A stretch of 64,000 nt of DNA from Squalus acanthias (lineage: Eukaryota): the NCBI GenBank assembly GCA_030390025.1, contig CM059432.1, positions 2,728,001 through 2,792,000 of the forward strand, read 5' to 3'. Below, piece after piece: positions 38,561 to 50,632 of this stretch. Under the pieces are notes generated by a model that worked only from the letters and a program-made list of their open reading frames with translations, made no database searches and was not told the origin of the DNA. Position 1 is the stretch's first letter. Each line of letters starts with the position of its first letter. Position numbers and translations under genes: made by a program.

Positions 38561-39726
38561 TTAGGTTTGGATTTTGTCTTTAAATATTCACAAATATTAT
38601 TGTATATTTACCTTTTTTGTTTTTGGGATCGAGGCAACACTGAGAAGTCTGCATTTGTTGCCCATCTCTAATTGTTCTGAGATGGTGATGCTGTCAAATT
38701 TTGGTAACGCTCCTGTGAAGAGCCTTGGCATGTTACTGCGTTAAAGGCACTATATAAATGCAAGTTGTTGTGATCTTTCTCCTTGAGCCTCTGCAGTCCT
38801 TCTGGGGATGATGCCCCCACGGTATATTAGGGTAAGGAATTCCCGGATTTCAACAGTGACAATGAAGAGGCGGTGAGATACAACTCCCGTCAGGACTGTG
38901 CGTGATGTGGCAGGGAACTTGGTGGTGATGGTGTTCCATCATGTAGCTGCCATTGCCCTTCTTGTTGGCGGTGTTTGCAGGGCTGGGAGGTGCTGTCGAA
39001 GTAAGCTTGAGGAGTTGCTGCAGTGCATCCTGTAGATGGTACGCACTGCAGCCACGGTACGCCGGTGGTGGTGGGGGTGGATGTTGACCCCAGTGGTAAC
39101 TGTGTTGATCAAGCGGACTGTGTTTTTTCTCTGAATACACCTGTTGCATCCATCCAACTGAGTGGTGAGTGTTGAATCACATTCCTGTCTTCCGGCCTTG
39201 GAGATGATGGGCATTGAGAGCTCATGAAGTGAGCCACTCACCTAGATCACCCAATCTGCCCTGCTCTTGTAGCTATGCTGCTGTTGCTGATCCAACCTCT
39301 GATCTAAAAGACACGCCCAGGGTATTGCTAGTGGGGACACATGGCAATGGTGATGTCATTGAAGCTCGGGGAAATGGTACAGTCTCCTCTTTTGAGATGG
39401 TCCTTGCATGGCACTTGTGTAGGGCAATTGCTACCTTGCACTCCCGAGCCTGGATGTGTTCCAGGTCATGTCGTAGATTGGTATATTACATAAGATTACA
39501 TAGGATGTACAGCACAGAAATAGGCCATTCAGCCCAACCAGTCCACTCGAGCCTCCTCCCGTCTTTCCTCATTTATCAGCTGTAACCCTCTATTCCCTTC
39601 TCCCTCATATGCTTATCTAGCCTCTCCTTAAATGCATCTATGCTATTCGCCACAACTACTCCCTGTGGTGGCAAGTTCCACATTCTCACCACTCTCTGGA
39701 TAAAGAAGTTCCTTCTGTATGAGCCA

Positions 39727-40095
39727 CAACAACTTGTATTTATATAGCGCCTTTGACATAGTAAAACGTCCCAAACCGCTTCACAGGAGCGATTATCAAA
39801 CAAAATTTGACACTGAGCCACAGAAGGAGATATTAGGACACTTGGTCGAAGAGGTAGGTTTTAAGGAGTGCCTTAAAGGTGGAGAGGTTCAGGGAGGGAA
39901 TTGCAGAGCTTAGGGACCCAGGCAGCTGAAGGCACGGCCGCCAATGGTGGAGCGATTAAAATCGGGGATGTGCAAGAGGCCAGAATTGGAGGAGCGCAGA
40001 GATCTCAGAGGGGTTATAGGACTGGAGGAGGTTAGAGATATGATGGGGCGAGGCCACGGAGAGATTTGAAAACAAGGACAAGAATTTTAAAATCA
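39727..40095 (-). mobile_element. L2 LINE 3' end
   Basis: Same family as 10078-10492. Confidence 0.85.
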
Positions 40096-40364
40096 AGCTA
40101 CACCCTTATCAGAGGAATTGTGAATGGCGGTTGAGCACCCAGGAAGTATCAGCAAACAGCCCCACACTTGATCTTGTGAATGAAGCACGGTCATTTGAAG
40201 CAGCTGAAGATGGAGGAGTCCATAAGAGCATAAGAATTTGGAGCAGGAGTCGGCCATACAGCCCCTCGGGCCTGCTCCACCATTCAATAAGATCATGGCT
40301 GATCTTCAACCTCAACTCCACTTTCTTGTCCGATCTCCATATCCCTTGATTCTCTTATCCAGGA

Positions 40365-42027
40365 TGCAAAAAACCTCCCAGGAAATAGTGGAGAACCAAG
40401 GGTCAAGCGAGAATGAGGAACTGAAAGAACTTGGTATTCGTTCAAAAAAAAATAGTAATGGAGAAATTAATGAGACTGAAAGCCGATAAATCCCCTGGAC
40501 CTTATGGCCTACATCGTAGGGTTTTGAAAGAGGTGGCTATAGAAATAGTGGATGCATTGGTTGTCATCTTCCAAAATTCCATAGATACTAGAACGGTTCC
40601 TGCGGATTGGAAGGTAGCAAATGTAACCCCACTATTTAAGAAAGAAGGGAGAGAGAAAACGGGGAACTACAGACCAGTTAGCCTGACATCAGTAGTAAGG
40701 AAAATGCTGGAGTCTATTATTAAGGATGTGGTAACAAGGCATTTAGAAAATAATAATAGGATTGGGCAGAGTCAACATGGATTTATGAAAGGGAAATCAT
40801 GTTTGACAAATCTGTTAGAATTTTTTGAGGTTGTAACTAGCAGCATAGATAAGGGGGAACCAGTGGGTGGTGGTGTATTTGTATTTTCAGAAGGCATTTG
40901 ATAAGGTGCCACACAGGAGGAAATTAAGGCTCATGGGATGGGGGTAATATACTAGCATGGATTGAGGATTGGTTAACGGGCAGAAAACAGTAGGAATATA
41001 TGGGTCATTTTCGGGTTGGCAGACTGTAACTAGTGGGGTACCGCAAAGATCAGTTCTTAGGCCTCAGCAATTCACAATCTACGTCAATGATTTGGATGAG
41101 GGGACCAAATGTAATATATCCAAGTTTGCTGCTGATACAAAGCTGGGTGGGAATGTAAGTTGTGAGGAGGATGCAAGGAGACTTCAAGAGGATATAGACA
41201 GGCTAAGTGAGTGGGCAAGAACATGGCAAATGGAATATAATGTGGAGAAATGTGAAGTTATCCACTTCGGCAGGAAAAAGAGAAAAGCAGAGTATTTTTT
41301 AAATGGTGAGAGATTGGGAAATGTTGGTGTTCAGAGGGACCTGGGTGTCCTTGTACACGAATCACTGAAAGTTAACATGCAGGTACAGCAAGCAATTAGG
41401 AAAGCAAATGGTATGTTGGCCTTTATTACAAGAGGATTTGAGTATAAGAGTAAAGACGTCTTACTGCAATTATATAGGGCCCTGGTGAGACCACACCTGG
41501 AGTATTGTGTACAGTTTTGGTCTCCTTACCTAAGGAAGGATATACTTGCCATAGAGGGAGTGCAACGAAGGTTCACCAGACTGGTTCCTGGGATGGGGGG
41601 ATTATCCTATGAGGAGAGATTGAGTAGACTAGGCCTATATTCTCTGGAGTTTAGAAGAATGAGAGGTGATCTCATTGAAACATACAAAATTCTTACAGGG
41701 CTTGACAGGGTAGATGCAGGGAGGCTGTTTCCCCTGGCTGGGGAGTCTAGAACCAGGGGTCACAGTCTCAGAATAAGGGGTCGGCCATTTAGGACTGAGA
41801 TGAGAAATTTCTTCACTCAGGGTGGTGAATCTTTGGAATTCTCTGCCCCAGAGGGCTGTGGAGGCTCCGTCATTGAGTATATTCAAGGCAGAGCGCGATA
41901 GATTTTTTGATATCAAGGGATATGAGGAAAGTGGAGATGAGGTAGATGATCAGCCATGATCTTATTGAATGGCGGAGCAGGCTCGAGGGGTCGAATGGCC
42001 GACTCCTGCCCCTATTTCTTATGTTAT
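40365..42027 (+). mobile_element. CR1 LINE, RT to 3' end (about 1.65 kb)
   Basis: KSPGPYG, DWKVANVTPLFKK, NYRPVSLTS, QHGFMKGKSCLTNL; the catalytic motif reads FAAD; frameshifts present. Confidence 0.96.
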
Positions 42028-42287
42028 GTACTTGCCTGAGAACTCTCTCAGCAATGTCCTGGGGCTGCAGTGATCGGCCTCTGACAAATGTCCTGTGTCA
42101 GGATCTGACTCCAGCCACTGCAGGGCTTTTCCATTCACCTCCGTGTTGCCTGAGCTCCTTGGGGCTGCAGTTGATTAAACACTTCCTTGGTGTCGAGATC
42201 AGCTTCTCTTGCATCTCTGGCGTTCAGCTCGTAAGTCACAGTCTGAATCTGGGCTGTGACGAGGCCGAGTGGGTTATTGGTGAGTAG

Positions 42288-42429
42288 CAATGTTCCCCCT
42301 AAGGTGCGCGACCACGCATCAGTCACGAGGTCTCGCGCTGGCCGCTCGCCAGCCGCTGCCGCTGGAAGAGATGCCGCACAGCAAATGTAAAGGGACCGCG
42401 CACTGGGGAAAAAAATTGAGGGAACATTG
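42288..42429 (-). mobile_element. hAT-type MITE
   Basis: Perfect 10-bp TIRs caatgttccc / gggaacattg; degenerate TSD gtgagtag / aggagtag. Confidence 0.82.
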
Positions 42430-42909
42430 AGGAGTAGGTGCTGTTTAATGGCACGATTGATTACTTTACCCATCAGTTTGATTGGAGGAAGGCTGATTAG
42501 GGCAGTAATTTGGTCCGGTTAGATTTGTTCTGCCTTTTGTGGATAGGACGTGCTTGGGACAAATCTCCACTTTGTTGGGCAGATGCCAGTGTCCGAGCTG
42601 CACTGGAACAGCTTGGCTATGGTGCTGACTGGTTCTGATGCACACATCTTTGGATTTACTTAACATCTTTCACACACTCTCCTAAAATAGTATGGTGCTG
42701 TGATTTGGGGAGGGGCAAGAGTTTCTTTTTAAGAGCTTATGATCAGTGACCAATATTTATCCTCAAACATCCCTTTAAAAAATAAGTCATTGTCACATTG
42801 CTGTTTGTGGGAGCTTGCTGTGCGCAAATTGGCTGCTGTGTTTCCTATGTTACAACAGTGACTATACTTCCGAAAGTACTTCATTGGCTGGAAAGCGCTT
42901 TTTTAAAAA

Positions 42910-43513
42910 AAAATTATTCATTCGTGGGATGTGGGCATTGCTGGCAAGGCCAGCGTTTATTGCCCATCCCTAGTTGCCCTTGAGAAGGTGGTGGTGAGCT
43001 GCCTTCTTGAACCGCTGCAGTCCGTGTGGTGAAGGTTCTCCCACAGTGCTGTTAGGGAGGGAGTTCCAGGATTTTGACCCAGCGACAATGAAGGATTGTC
43101 GATATATTTCCAATTCAGGATGGTGTGTGACTTGGAGGTGGTGGTGTTCCCATGCGGCTGCTGCCCTTGTCCTTCTAGGTGGAAGAGGTCGCAGGTTTGG
43201 GAGGTGCTGCCGAAGAAGCCTTGGCGAGTTGCTGCAGTGCATCTTGTAGATGGTACACACAGTAGCCACGGTACGCCGGTGGTGGAGGGAGTGAATGTTT
43301 AAGGTGGTGGATGGGGTGCCAATCAAACGGGCTGCTTTGTCCTGGATGGTGTCGAGCTTCTTGTGTTGTTGGAGCTGCACTCATCCAGGCAAGTGGAGAG
43401 TATTCCATCACAATCCTGACTTGTGCCTTGTAAGATGGTGGAAAGGCTTTGGGGAGTCAGGAGGTGAGTCACTCGCCACAGAATGCCCAGCCTCTGACCT
43501 GCTCTTGTTGCCA
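42910..43513 (-). mobile_element. LINE family 3, 3' end
   Basis: KKLDTIQDKAARLIGTPSTTLNIHSLHHRRTV...WNSLPNSTVG...FKKAAHHHLLKGN. Confidence 0.9.
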
Positions 43514-43971
43514 CGTCTCTTGCTTTGCGACGTCCTGAAGTCATGAAAGGTGCTATATAAATGCAGGCTTTTTTTTTCTCTCTTGCTCTCCTTTCTTTCT
43601 CCCTCTCCCTCCCCCTTTCTCCTGCGCCCCTCTCCCCCTTTTGAATGCTAAGTAATCATCCTTGTGTTAAATATAGTGGCTGATTCCACTGTCCAATTTT
43701 AATGCATCTTATTTTTAATATAACTATGGGTTGCTCATAGGCCGACAGGCCATGACTTGTCTGACCTTCATTTGAACTTGAGTAATGACATGTAATGGTA
43801 ATCGGTGTAGTCGAGGGATTCTTCGAGGCTTGTTACTGCTGCAAATCTGATGGCCGCAATTCAGAGAAAGGTCTAATTGCATTAAACTATGAAGGTGATA
43901 ATCTTGATACTGAATTCAAATTTACTTTGCCTATCTGGAAATAAAGAAATAAACATTTTTGAATTCTGTGA

Positions 43972-45535
43972 AAATAATGGGACTACATCCTCTGGTTTTG
44001 AAAGAGGTGGCCATTGGAATAGTGGACGCATTGGTTGTCATCTTCCAAAATTCTATAGATTCTGGAACGGTTCCTGCAGATTGGAGGATAGCAAATGTAA
44101 CCCCGCTATTTAAGAAAGGAGGGAGAGAGAAAACGGGGAACTACAGACCTGTTAGCCTCACATCAGTAGTTGGGAAAATGCTGGAATCTATTATAAAGGA
44201 TGCAATAACTGGGACACTTAGAAACTAATAGTAAGATTGGGCAGAGTCAACATGGATTTATGAAAGGGAAATCCTGTTTGACAAACCTATTGGAGTTCTT
44301 TGAGGATGTAACTAGTGGAGTAGACAAAGGGGAACCGGTAGATGTGGTGTATCTGGATTTTCAGAAGGCCTTCGATAAGGTCCCACACAAGAGGTTGGTG
44401 AACAAAATTAGGGCACATGGAATTGGGGGTAATATACTAGCATGGATTGAGAATTGGTTAACAGACAGAAAACAAAGAGTAGGGATAAACGGGTCTTTTT
44501 CAGGATGGCAGGCTGTGACTAGTGGGGTACCGCAAGGATCGGTGCTTGGGCCCCAGCTATTCACAATCTATCAATGATTTGGATGGGGGGACTAAATGTA
44601 ACATTTCCAAATTTGCTGATGATACAAAGCTAGGTGGCAGTGTCAGTTGCGAAGAGGATGTGAAGAGGCTTCAAGGGGATCTCGACAGGCTCAGTGAGTG
44701 GGCGAGAACATGGCAGATGGACTATAATGTGGATAAATGTGAAGTTATCCACTTTGGTAGAAAAAACAAAGGCAGAGTATTTCCTAAATGGTGGAAGATT
44801 GGGGCATGCAGATGCTCAAAGGGACCTGGGTGTCATTGTACATGAGTCACTGAAACTGAATGTGTAGGTGCAGCAAGCCATCAGGAAGGCAAATGGTCTG
44901 CTGGCCTTCATTACAAGAGGATTTGAGTACAGGAGTAAAGAAGTCTTACTCTAATTATATAGGGCCTTGGTGAGACCACACCTGGAGTACTGTGTACAAT
45001 TTTGGTCTCCTTACCTAAGGAAGGATATACTTGCCATAGAGGGAGTGCAACGAAGGTTCACGAGATTGATTCCTGGGATGGCGGGACTGTCGTATGAGAA
45101 GAGATTGAGTAAACTAGGCCTGTATTCTCTTGAAGTCAGAAGAATGAGAGGTGATCTCATTGAAGCATACAAAATTATTACAGGGCTTGATAGGATGGAT
45201 GCTGGGAGAATGTTTCCCTTGGCTGGGGAGTCTAGAACCAGGGGCCACCGCCTCAGGATAAAGGGTAGGCCATTCAGGACTGAGATGAGAAGAAATTTCT
45301 TCACACAGAGGGTGGTGAATCTTTGGAATTCTCTACCCCAGAGGGCTGTGGAGGCTCAGTCATTGGGTATATTCAAGACAGAAGTCGATAGATTTCTGAC
45401 TAGTAAGGGCATCAAGGGATATAGCGATAGAGCCGGTGAATGGAGTGGAGGCAGAAGATCAGCCATGATCTCATTGAATGGCGGAGCAGGTACGATGGGC
45501 CGAATGGCCTACTCCTGCTCCTATTTCTTGTGTTT
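43972..45535 (+). mobile_element. CR1 LINE, RT to 3' end (about 1.55 kb)
   Basis: DFQKAFDKVPH, GVPQGSVLGP, FADD and [13 protein letters not shown]; several frameshifts and stops. Confidence 0.96.
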
Positions 45536-45556
45536 ACTGATGAAAATGCAAAGAAA

Positions 45557-45855
45557 GACTTGCATTTCTATAGCGCCTTTCACAACCTCAGGACATCACA
45601 AAGCGCTTTACAACCAATGAAGTACCTTTTTGAAGTGTGGTCACTGTTGTAATGTAGGAAACGCGGCAGGCAATTTGCGCACAGCAAGCTCCCACAAACA
45701 GCAATGTGATAATGACCAGATAATCATTTTTTTTTTTATAGTGATGTTGGTTGAGGGATAAATACTGGCCAGGACACTGGGGAGAACTCCCCTGCTCTTC
45801 TTTGAAATAGTGCTGTGGGATCTATTATGTCCACCTGAGAGAGCAGACGGGGCCT
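45557..45855 (-). mobile_element. DeuSINE, partial
   Basis: Core and tail present. Confidence 0.82.
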
Positions 45856-46074
45856 TGGCAAGGATCTTTGAGATCGTGTAGAGTGTGCCCTGGAAATTCC
45901 TGTACGCGCTCTTGGTGGTTGAGGCTCCCGGCTGGGGAAACTTGCCTCTATGAAGAAGTACTTGATACAGTATCAGAATGTGGCCTGGGGAATTCTCCAC
46001 CAAATCGCCCACTGAGAACTGACAAACAGGCTGTGCAGCTGCAATATGAATTTCTTGACATAATATCTGCTGAT

Positions 46075-47415
46075 AACTTGTATTTATATAGCACCTTTAA
46101 CGTAGTGAAACGTCCCCAAGGCCCTTCACAGGAGTGTTATAAAACAAAATTTGACACCGAACCACACAAGGAGAAATTAGGTTATATGACCCAAAGCTTG
46201 GTCAAAGGTAGGTTTTAAGAACATAAGAAATAGGAGCAGGAGTCGGCCATTCAGCCCCTCGAGCCTGCTCCGCCATTCAATGAGATCATGGCTGATCTTC
46301 GACCTCAACTCCACTTTCCCGCCCGATCCCCATATCCCTTGATTCCCTTAATGTTCAAAAATCTATCGATCTCTGTCTTGAATATACTCAATGACTGAGC
46401 CTCCACAGCCCTCTGGGGTAGAGAATTCCAAAGATTCACCGCCCTCTGAGTGAAGAAATTTCTCCTCATCTCAGTCCTAAATGGCCGGCCCCTTATCCTG
46501 AGACTGTGACCCCTGGTTCTCGACTCCCCAGCCAAGGGGAAACATCCTCCCTGCATCTACCCTGTCAAGCCCTGTAAGAATTTTGTATGTTCCAATGAGA
46601 TACACCTCATTCTTCTAAACTCTAGAGAACATAGGCCTAGTCTACTCAATCTCTCCTCATAGGAAAATCCCCCCATCCCAGGAACCAGTCTGGCGAACCT
46701 TCGTTGCACTCCCTCTATGGCAAGTAGATCCTTCCTTGAGTAAGGAGACCAAAATTGTACACAATACTCCAGGTGTGGTCTCACCAGGGCCCTATATAAT
46801 TGCAGTAAGGCGTCTTTACTCTTCTACTCAAATCCTCTTGTAATAAAGACCAACATACTATTTGCTTTCTAATTGCTTGCTGTACCTGCATGTTAACTTT
46901 CAGTGATTCGTGTACAAGGACACCCAAGTCCCTCTGAACACCAACATTTCCCAATCTCTCACCATTTAAAAAATAATTATTAAAAAATTTAAGGAACATC
47001 TTAAAAGAGTTAGAGAGGTTTCGGGAGGGAATTCTAGAGCTTAGGGCATTGGCAGCTGAAGGCACGGCCGCCAATGGTGGAGCAATTAAAATCAGGGAAG
47101 CTCAAGAGACCAGAATTAGAGGAGCGCAAATATCTCGGGGTTGTGAGGCTGGAGAAGGTTACAGAGATAGGGAGGGGGCGAGGCCATGGAGGGATTTGAA
47201 AAGAAGGATGAGCATTTTAAACTCGAGGTGTTGCTTAAGCAGGAGCCGATGGGGTGATGGGCGAACGGGACTTGGTGCGAGTTAGGACACGGGCAGCCAA
47301 GTTTTGGATGAGCTCTAGTTTACATGGGGTAGAACGTGAGAGGCCGGCCTGGAGTGCGTTGGAATAGTCAAGTCTCTCGGTAACAAAGGCATGGATGAGG
47401 GTTTCAGGGGCGGAG
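46075..47415 (-). mobile_element. L2 LINE 3' part split by a CR1 insertion
   Basis: L2 tail at 46075-46217; resumes at about 46990 with ETLIHAFVTERLDYSNAL...IQNLAARVLTRT. Confidence 0.85.
46218..46975 (-). mobile_element. CR1 LINE 3' part
   Basis: YFLNGERLGNVGVQRDLGVLVHESLK, closely similar to the 41295-42027 segment. Confidence 0.93.
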
Positions 47416-47824
47416 TCTGGCAGTAAGGCACTGGGTGTCCACAACAAGCAACTCCCCGGTCGGGCATAACGGTGAGCTTCAGAGTAAAGCTCCACGTACA
47501 CGTACTGATTAAACGTGCCTTGTTATCGTCCTGCATCGATGTGACAGTTTCTATTCCCCACGTTATCCATCCCATCTCCTCTCTCGAGTGCGAGCGCCAC
47601 AGTAGAGGCAGTTTATTCATGATTCCTGGCACCCAGTGAAGCTGGATTGAGGCCCCTCAAACTCATTTCATGTAGGATAGTTAGTGCAGAGAGAGCGAGA
47701 TCTAGATGTCATGAGCTGCATTCAAACTCTGGTCCAATGATGAAAGGAAAGTTGCTAACCCTCTATGCTGCCTAGCCCCCATGAATAGTTTTTGATCAAA
47801 TTCAAACAGCTACAGAGATGAGTG

Positions 47825-48510
47825 ATTCATAGAAATTTACGGCACAGAAGGAGGCCACTCGGCCCATCGTGTCTGTGCCGGCTGAAAAAGAGCTCTCCAG
47901 CCTAATCCCACTTCCAGCTCTTGGTCCGTAGCCCTGTAGGTTACGGCACTTCAAGTGCATATCCAAGTACTTTTTAAATGCGATGAGGGTTTCTGCCTCT
48001 CCCACCCTTTCAGGCAGTGAGTTCCAGACCCCCACCACTCTCTGGGTGAAATGATTTCTCCTCAACTCCCCTCTAATTCTTCTACCCATTACTTTAAATC
48101 TCTGCCTCCTGGCTATTAACCTCTCTGCTAAGGGAAATAGGTCCTTCCTATCCACTCTATCTAGGCCCCTCATAATTTTATACACCTCAATTAAATCTCC
48201 CCTCAGCCTCCTCTGTTCCAAAGAAAACAACCCCAGCCTATCCAATCTTTCCTCATAGCTAAAATTCCCCAGCCCAGGCAACATCCTCGTAAATCTCCTC
48301 CGAACCCTCTCCAGTGCAATCACATCTTTCCTGTGATGTGGTGACCAGAAGCGTATGCAGTATTCTGGCTGTGGCCTAACTAGCGTTTTATACAGTTCAA
48401 CCATAACCTCCTGCTCTTATATTCTGTGCCTCGGCTCATAAAGGAAAGAATCCCGTATACCTTCTCAACCACCTCATTTACCTGTCCTGCTACCTTCAGG
48501 GATCTGTGGA
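47825..48510 (-). mobile_element. CR1 LINE 3' part
   Basis: 200-aa ORF LYKTLVRPQPEYC...WNSLPER. Confidence 0.93.
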
Positions 48511-48628
48511 ATGATTCTGTGAGATGGCCGCCGGCTCTGATAGCATTCTGTGTATTGGCTGAACCCATTCAGTTCACTCTTTCTTTCTAGCCAACCTTTA
48601 ACCATGTGCTTTTCCCTTCTCCTCCCAG

Positions 48629-48793
48629 GGATTAAGTGGCAGCGGGAATGCACTTGGCCTTCGAGCAACACTGGCCCGACCCTACCTACGACCGAGGGTG
48701 ACGCGCGTCAATCTCAGGGATCTCCTCCTCTGCTTGGAGCAGGAGAGAGCAACGCGCCACTCGCTGCTCTTGTACCGAACGTATCTCAAATGA
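48629..48793 (+). CDS. TAF4B: TAF4-family (probably TAF4B) terminal coding exon
   Basis: Acceptor ttttcccttctcctcccAG (AG at 48627-48628); translates as GLSGSGNALGLRATLARPYLRPRVTRVNLRDLLLCLEQERATRHSLLLYRTYLK then TGA (48791-48793). Matches the conserved TAF4 C-terminus (RITRVNLRDLIFCLE...HSLLLYK...LK*) and is in frame with the previous exon. Not in the ORF track. Confidence 0.93.
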   Translation, partial: GLSGSGNALGLRATLARPYLRPRVTRVNLRDLLLCLEQERATRHSLLLYRTYLK

Positions 48794-50202
48794 AGAAAAC
48801 AGAATATATATATATATATATGCTGGATTCACGCCCGGGGACCTGAATCAAGCTGGTTGCACAGACAGTTCTGCTAAATGATGCATTGTTTCAGGAAAAC
48901 CAGTGACTTTGGACCTTGGTTGTCCTTGTTTACTCTTGTGACTTTTTTAAGAAAAAAACTGACGGGTACAATTTTGATTTTGTTTCGAGAATGAAACCGA
49001 GTTCTTGAAAGGCAAGGTCTGGATTAGGTAGAATTTTCTAGTATCACTTGTGAAATTGAATTCCCTCCAGTTCAAAGATTCAGAAAACTGAGATGGTACA
49101 GATGTATATTATACTTGTATAAAAAAAAAAAATTAATCTTTTGCAATTGTTCCATTTCTAAGCTGACCCTACTGATAACTGTGATACAGAAAGTTGTTAA
49201 ACGACTTGCAATGTTCTTTTTTTTTCCCCCCACTTAAATGCGCTTTATCTGCCACGGGAATTGTTGCTTGTTCAACATGGTTAAATTCATGGATGTGTGT
49301 CACTTTTTTTTAACGAGGTTTTTTGGAGCGATGTGATCCTTTTCTTCCTGCTCTGTATAACAGGTGCGTCTGCTGTTCCTCTTCAGCCCTTGTTCTTGTA
49401 TTGACGTAAGCAAAACTCCCTTTCATCCGAGTGTTAAGTCTTTATAGCAGGTACATTTTCGCTTTTCAGTCTCAAACTAATTAATTTTACACGACTTGTT
49501 TTAACCAGTTTTGAGCAGTCTAGTGCCATATATTTTTTTCCTGCATCGACTGCAAAAAAAAAAAACTCTTGCTCCCGGCCATTCGTGTTATTTTAACAGC
49601 CTTCCTCAGGGTCTCGATCATAACGTTGCCTTCTGAGAAGTCTTTTGCGGGCTCTCAGAAGAGAGTGAAATTAAAAAGAAAAGAGGGTTCGCATTCTTCA
49701 TTCCAACAGATATGGCTGATGTAGAAATTTACAGATCAGACCGTGGTGTTCCTCCTCTCGCTACACCTAGTAATAGTCGGCTTAGGCAAGTCTTAAATGT
49801 GTCTTAAACTTACTCACCTGACAATCATGCTGAAATCGCCCCCTAGCCAAAATAATCAAATCCTTAGCTTTTGGGGCCAGATCAGATATAGTGACTTGAG
49901 CAATCGACTATACTTGATTCTGGTAGAGTGTTAACGCTAATAGCCTGGTAATTCCATCGTGGTAAAGACCTATTTTGATATTAAAGCCTCAACAGTTAGG
50001 GTCACATCTAGCCCGTGTGTGAATTTGTTAGGCCAAGGCATACTACTGACTATCATTCCCACTGGCTTCCCTCCAGATTTCTAGATTTGCCGCCTTATTG
50101 CACCTTTGTAGTGGATTACCAGAGACCATCTCAGACAGCACTAGAACTGAGGTCTACGCCCACATCCAGGCCTACTGTGGATAAGCACTCGCTAAGGTGT
50201 TG

Positions 50203-50632
50203 GTTTGGCTCAGCGGGTAGCACTCTCGCCTTTCAGTCAGAAGGTTGTGCATTCAAACCCCGCTCCAGGATTTAAGCGCCTAATCTTAGGCTCCACACCC
50301 TGTGCAGTAGTGAGGGAGTGCTACATTGTCAGAGGGTGCCGTCTTTTGGATCAGACGCCACTGCCTGTTCAGGTGGACATTAAAAGTCTGCGGGGCACGA
50401 TTTGCAGAAGTTGTTTCCTCTGGTGCCCTCCCTAACACTTATCAATCAATCAACGCAACCAAATCCCATTTTAATTGGCGATTTACTTTATTTTTTGCCG
50501 GTGGAACCTTGGCTATGTGGAACTATTCTGTTACCTTTGCCCAGCTGGCCTTAGTGACCACACTTCAAAAGTAATTAATTGGGGGTGAAGTTTTTTGGAA
50601 TGACCCGAGGCTGTGAACGGTGCACTATATAA
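50203..50632 (+). mobile_element. Old DeuSINE inside the putative 3' UTR
   Basis: Diverged head tggctcagcgggtagcactctcgcc, with core and tail. Confidence 0.75.

Larger units (their letters stand above)
38630..42650 (-). mobile_element. Old LINE family 3 copy fragmented by nested insertions
   Basis: Collinear pieces at about 38630-39480, 40095-40220 and 42030-42650 (e.g. HHHRRTVAAVRTIYRMHCSNS), separated by CR1, L2 and MITE inserts. Confidence 0.65.

Noticed and set aside
40365..45535. Intact, active LINE reverse transcriptase genes
   Set aside because: Both copies are 5'-truncated and frameshifted, and one has FAAD in place of FADD.
48550..48846. 98-aa ORF over the terminal exon
   Set aside because: Wrong frame; the TAF4-homologous frame starts at 48629 and stops at 48793.
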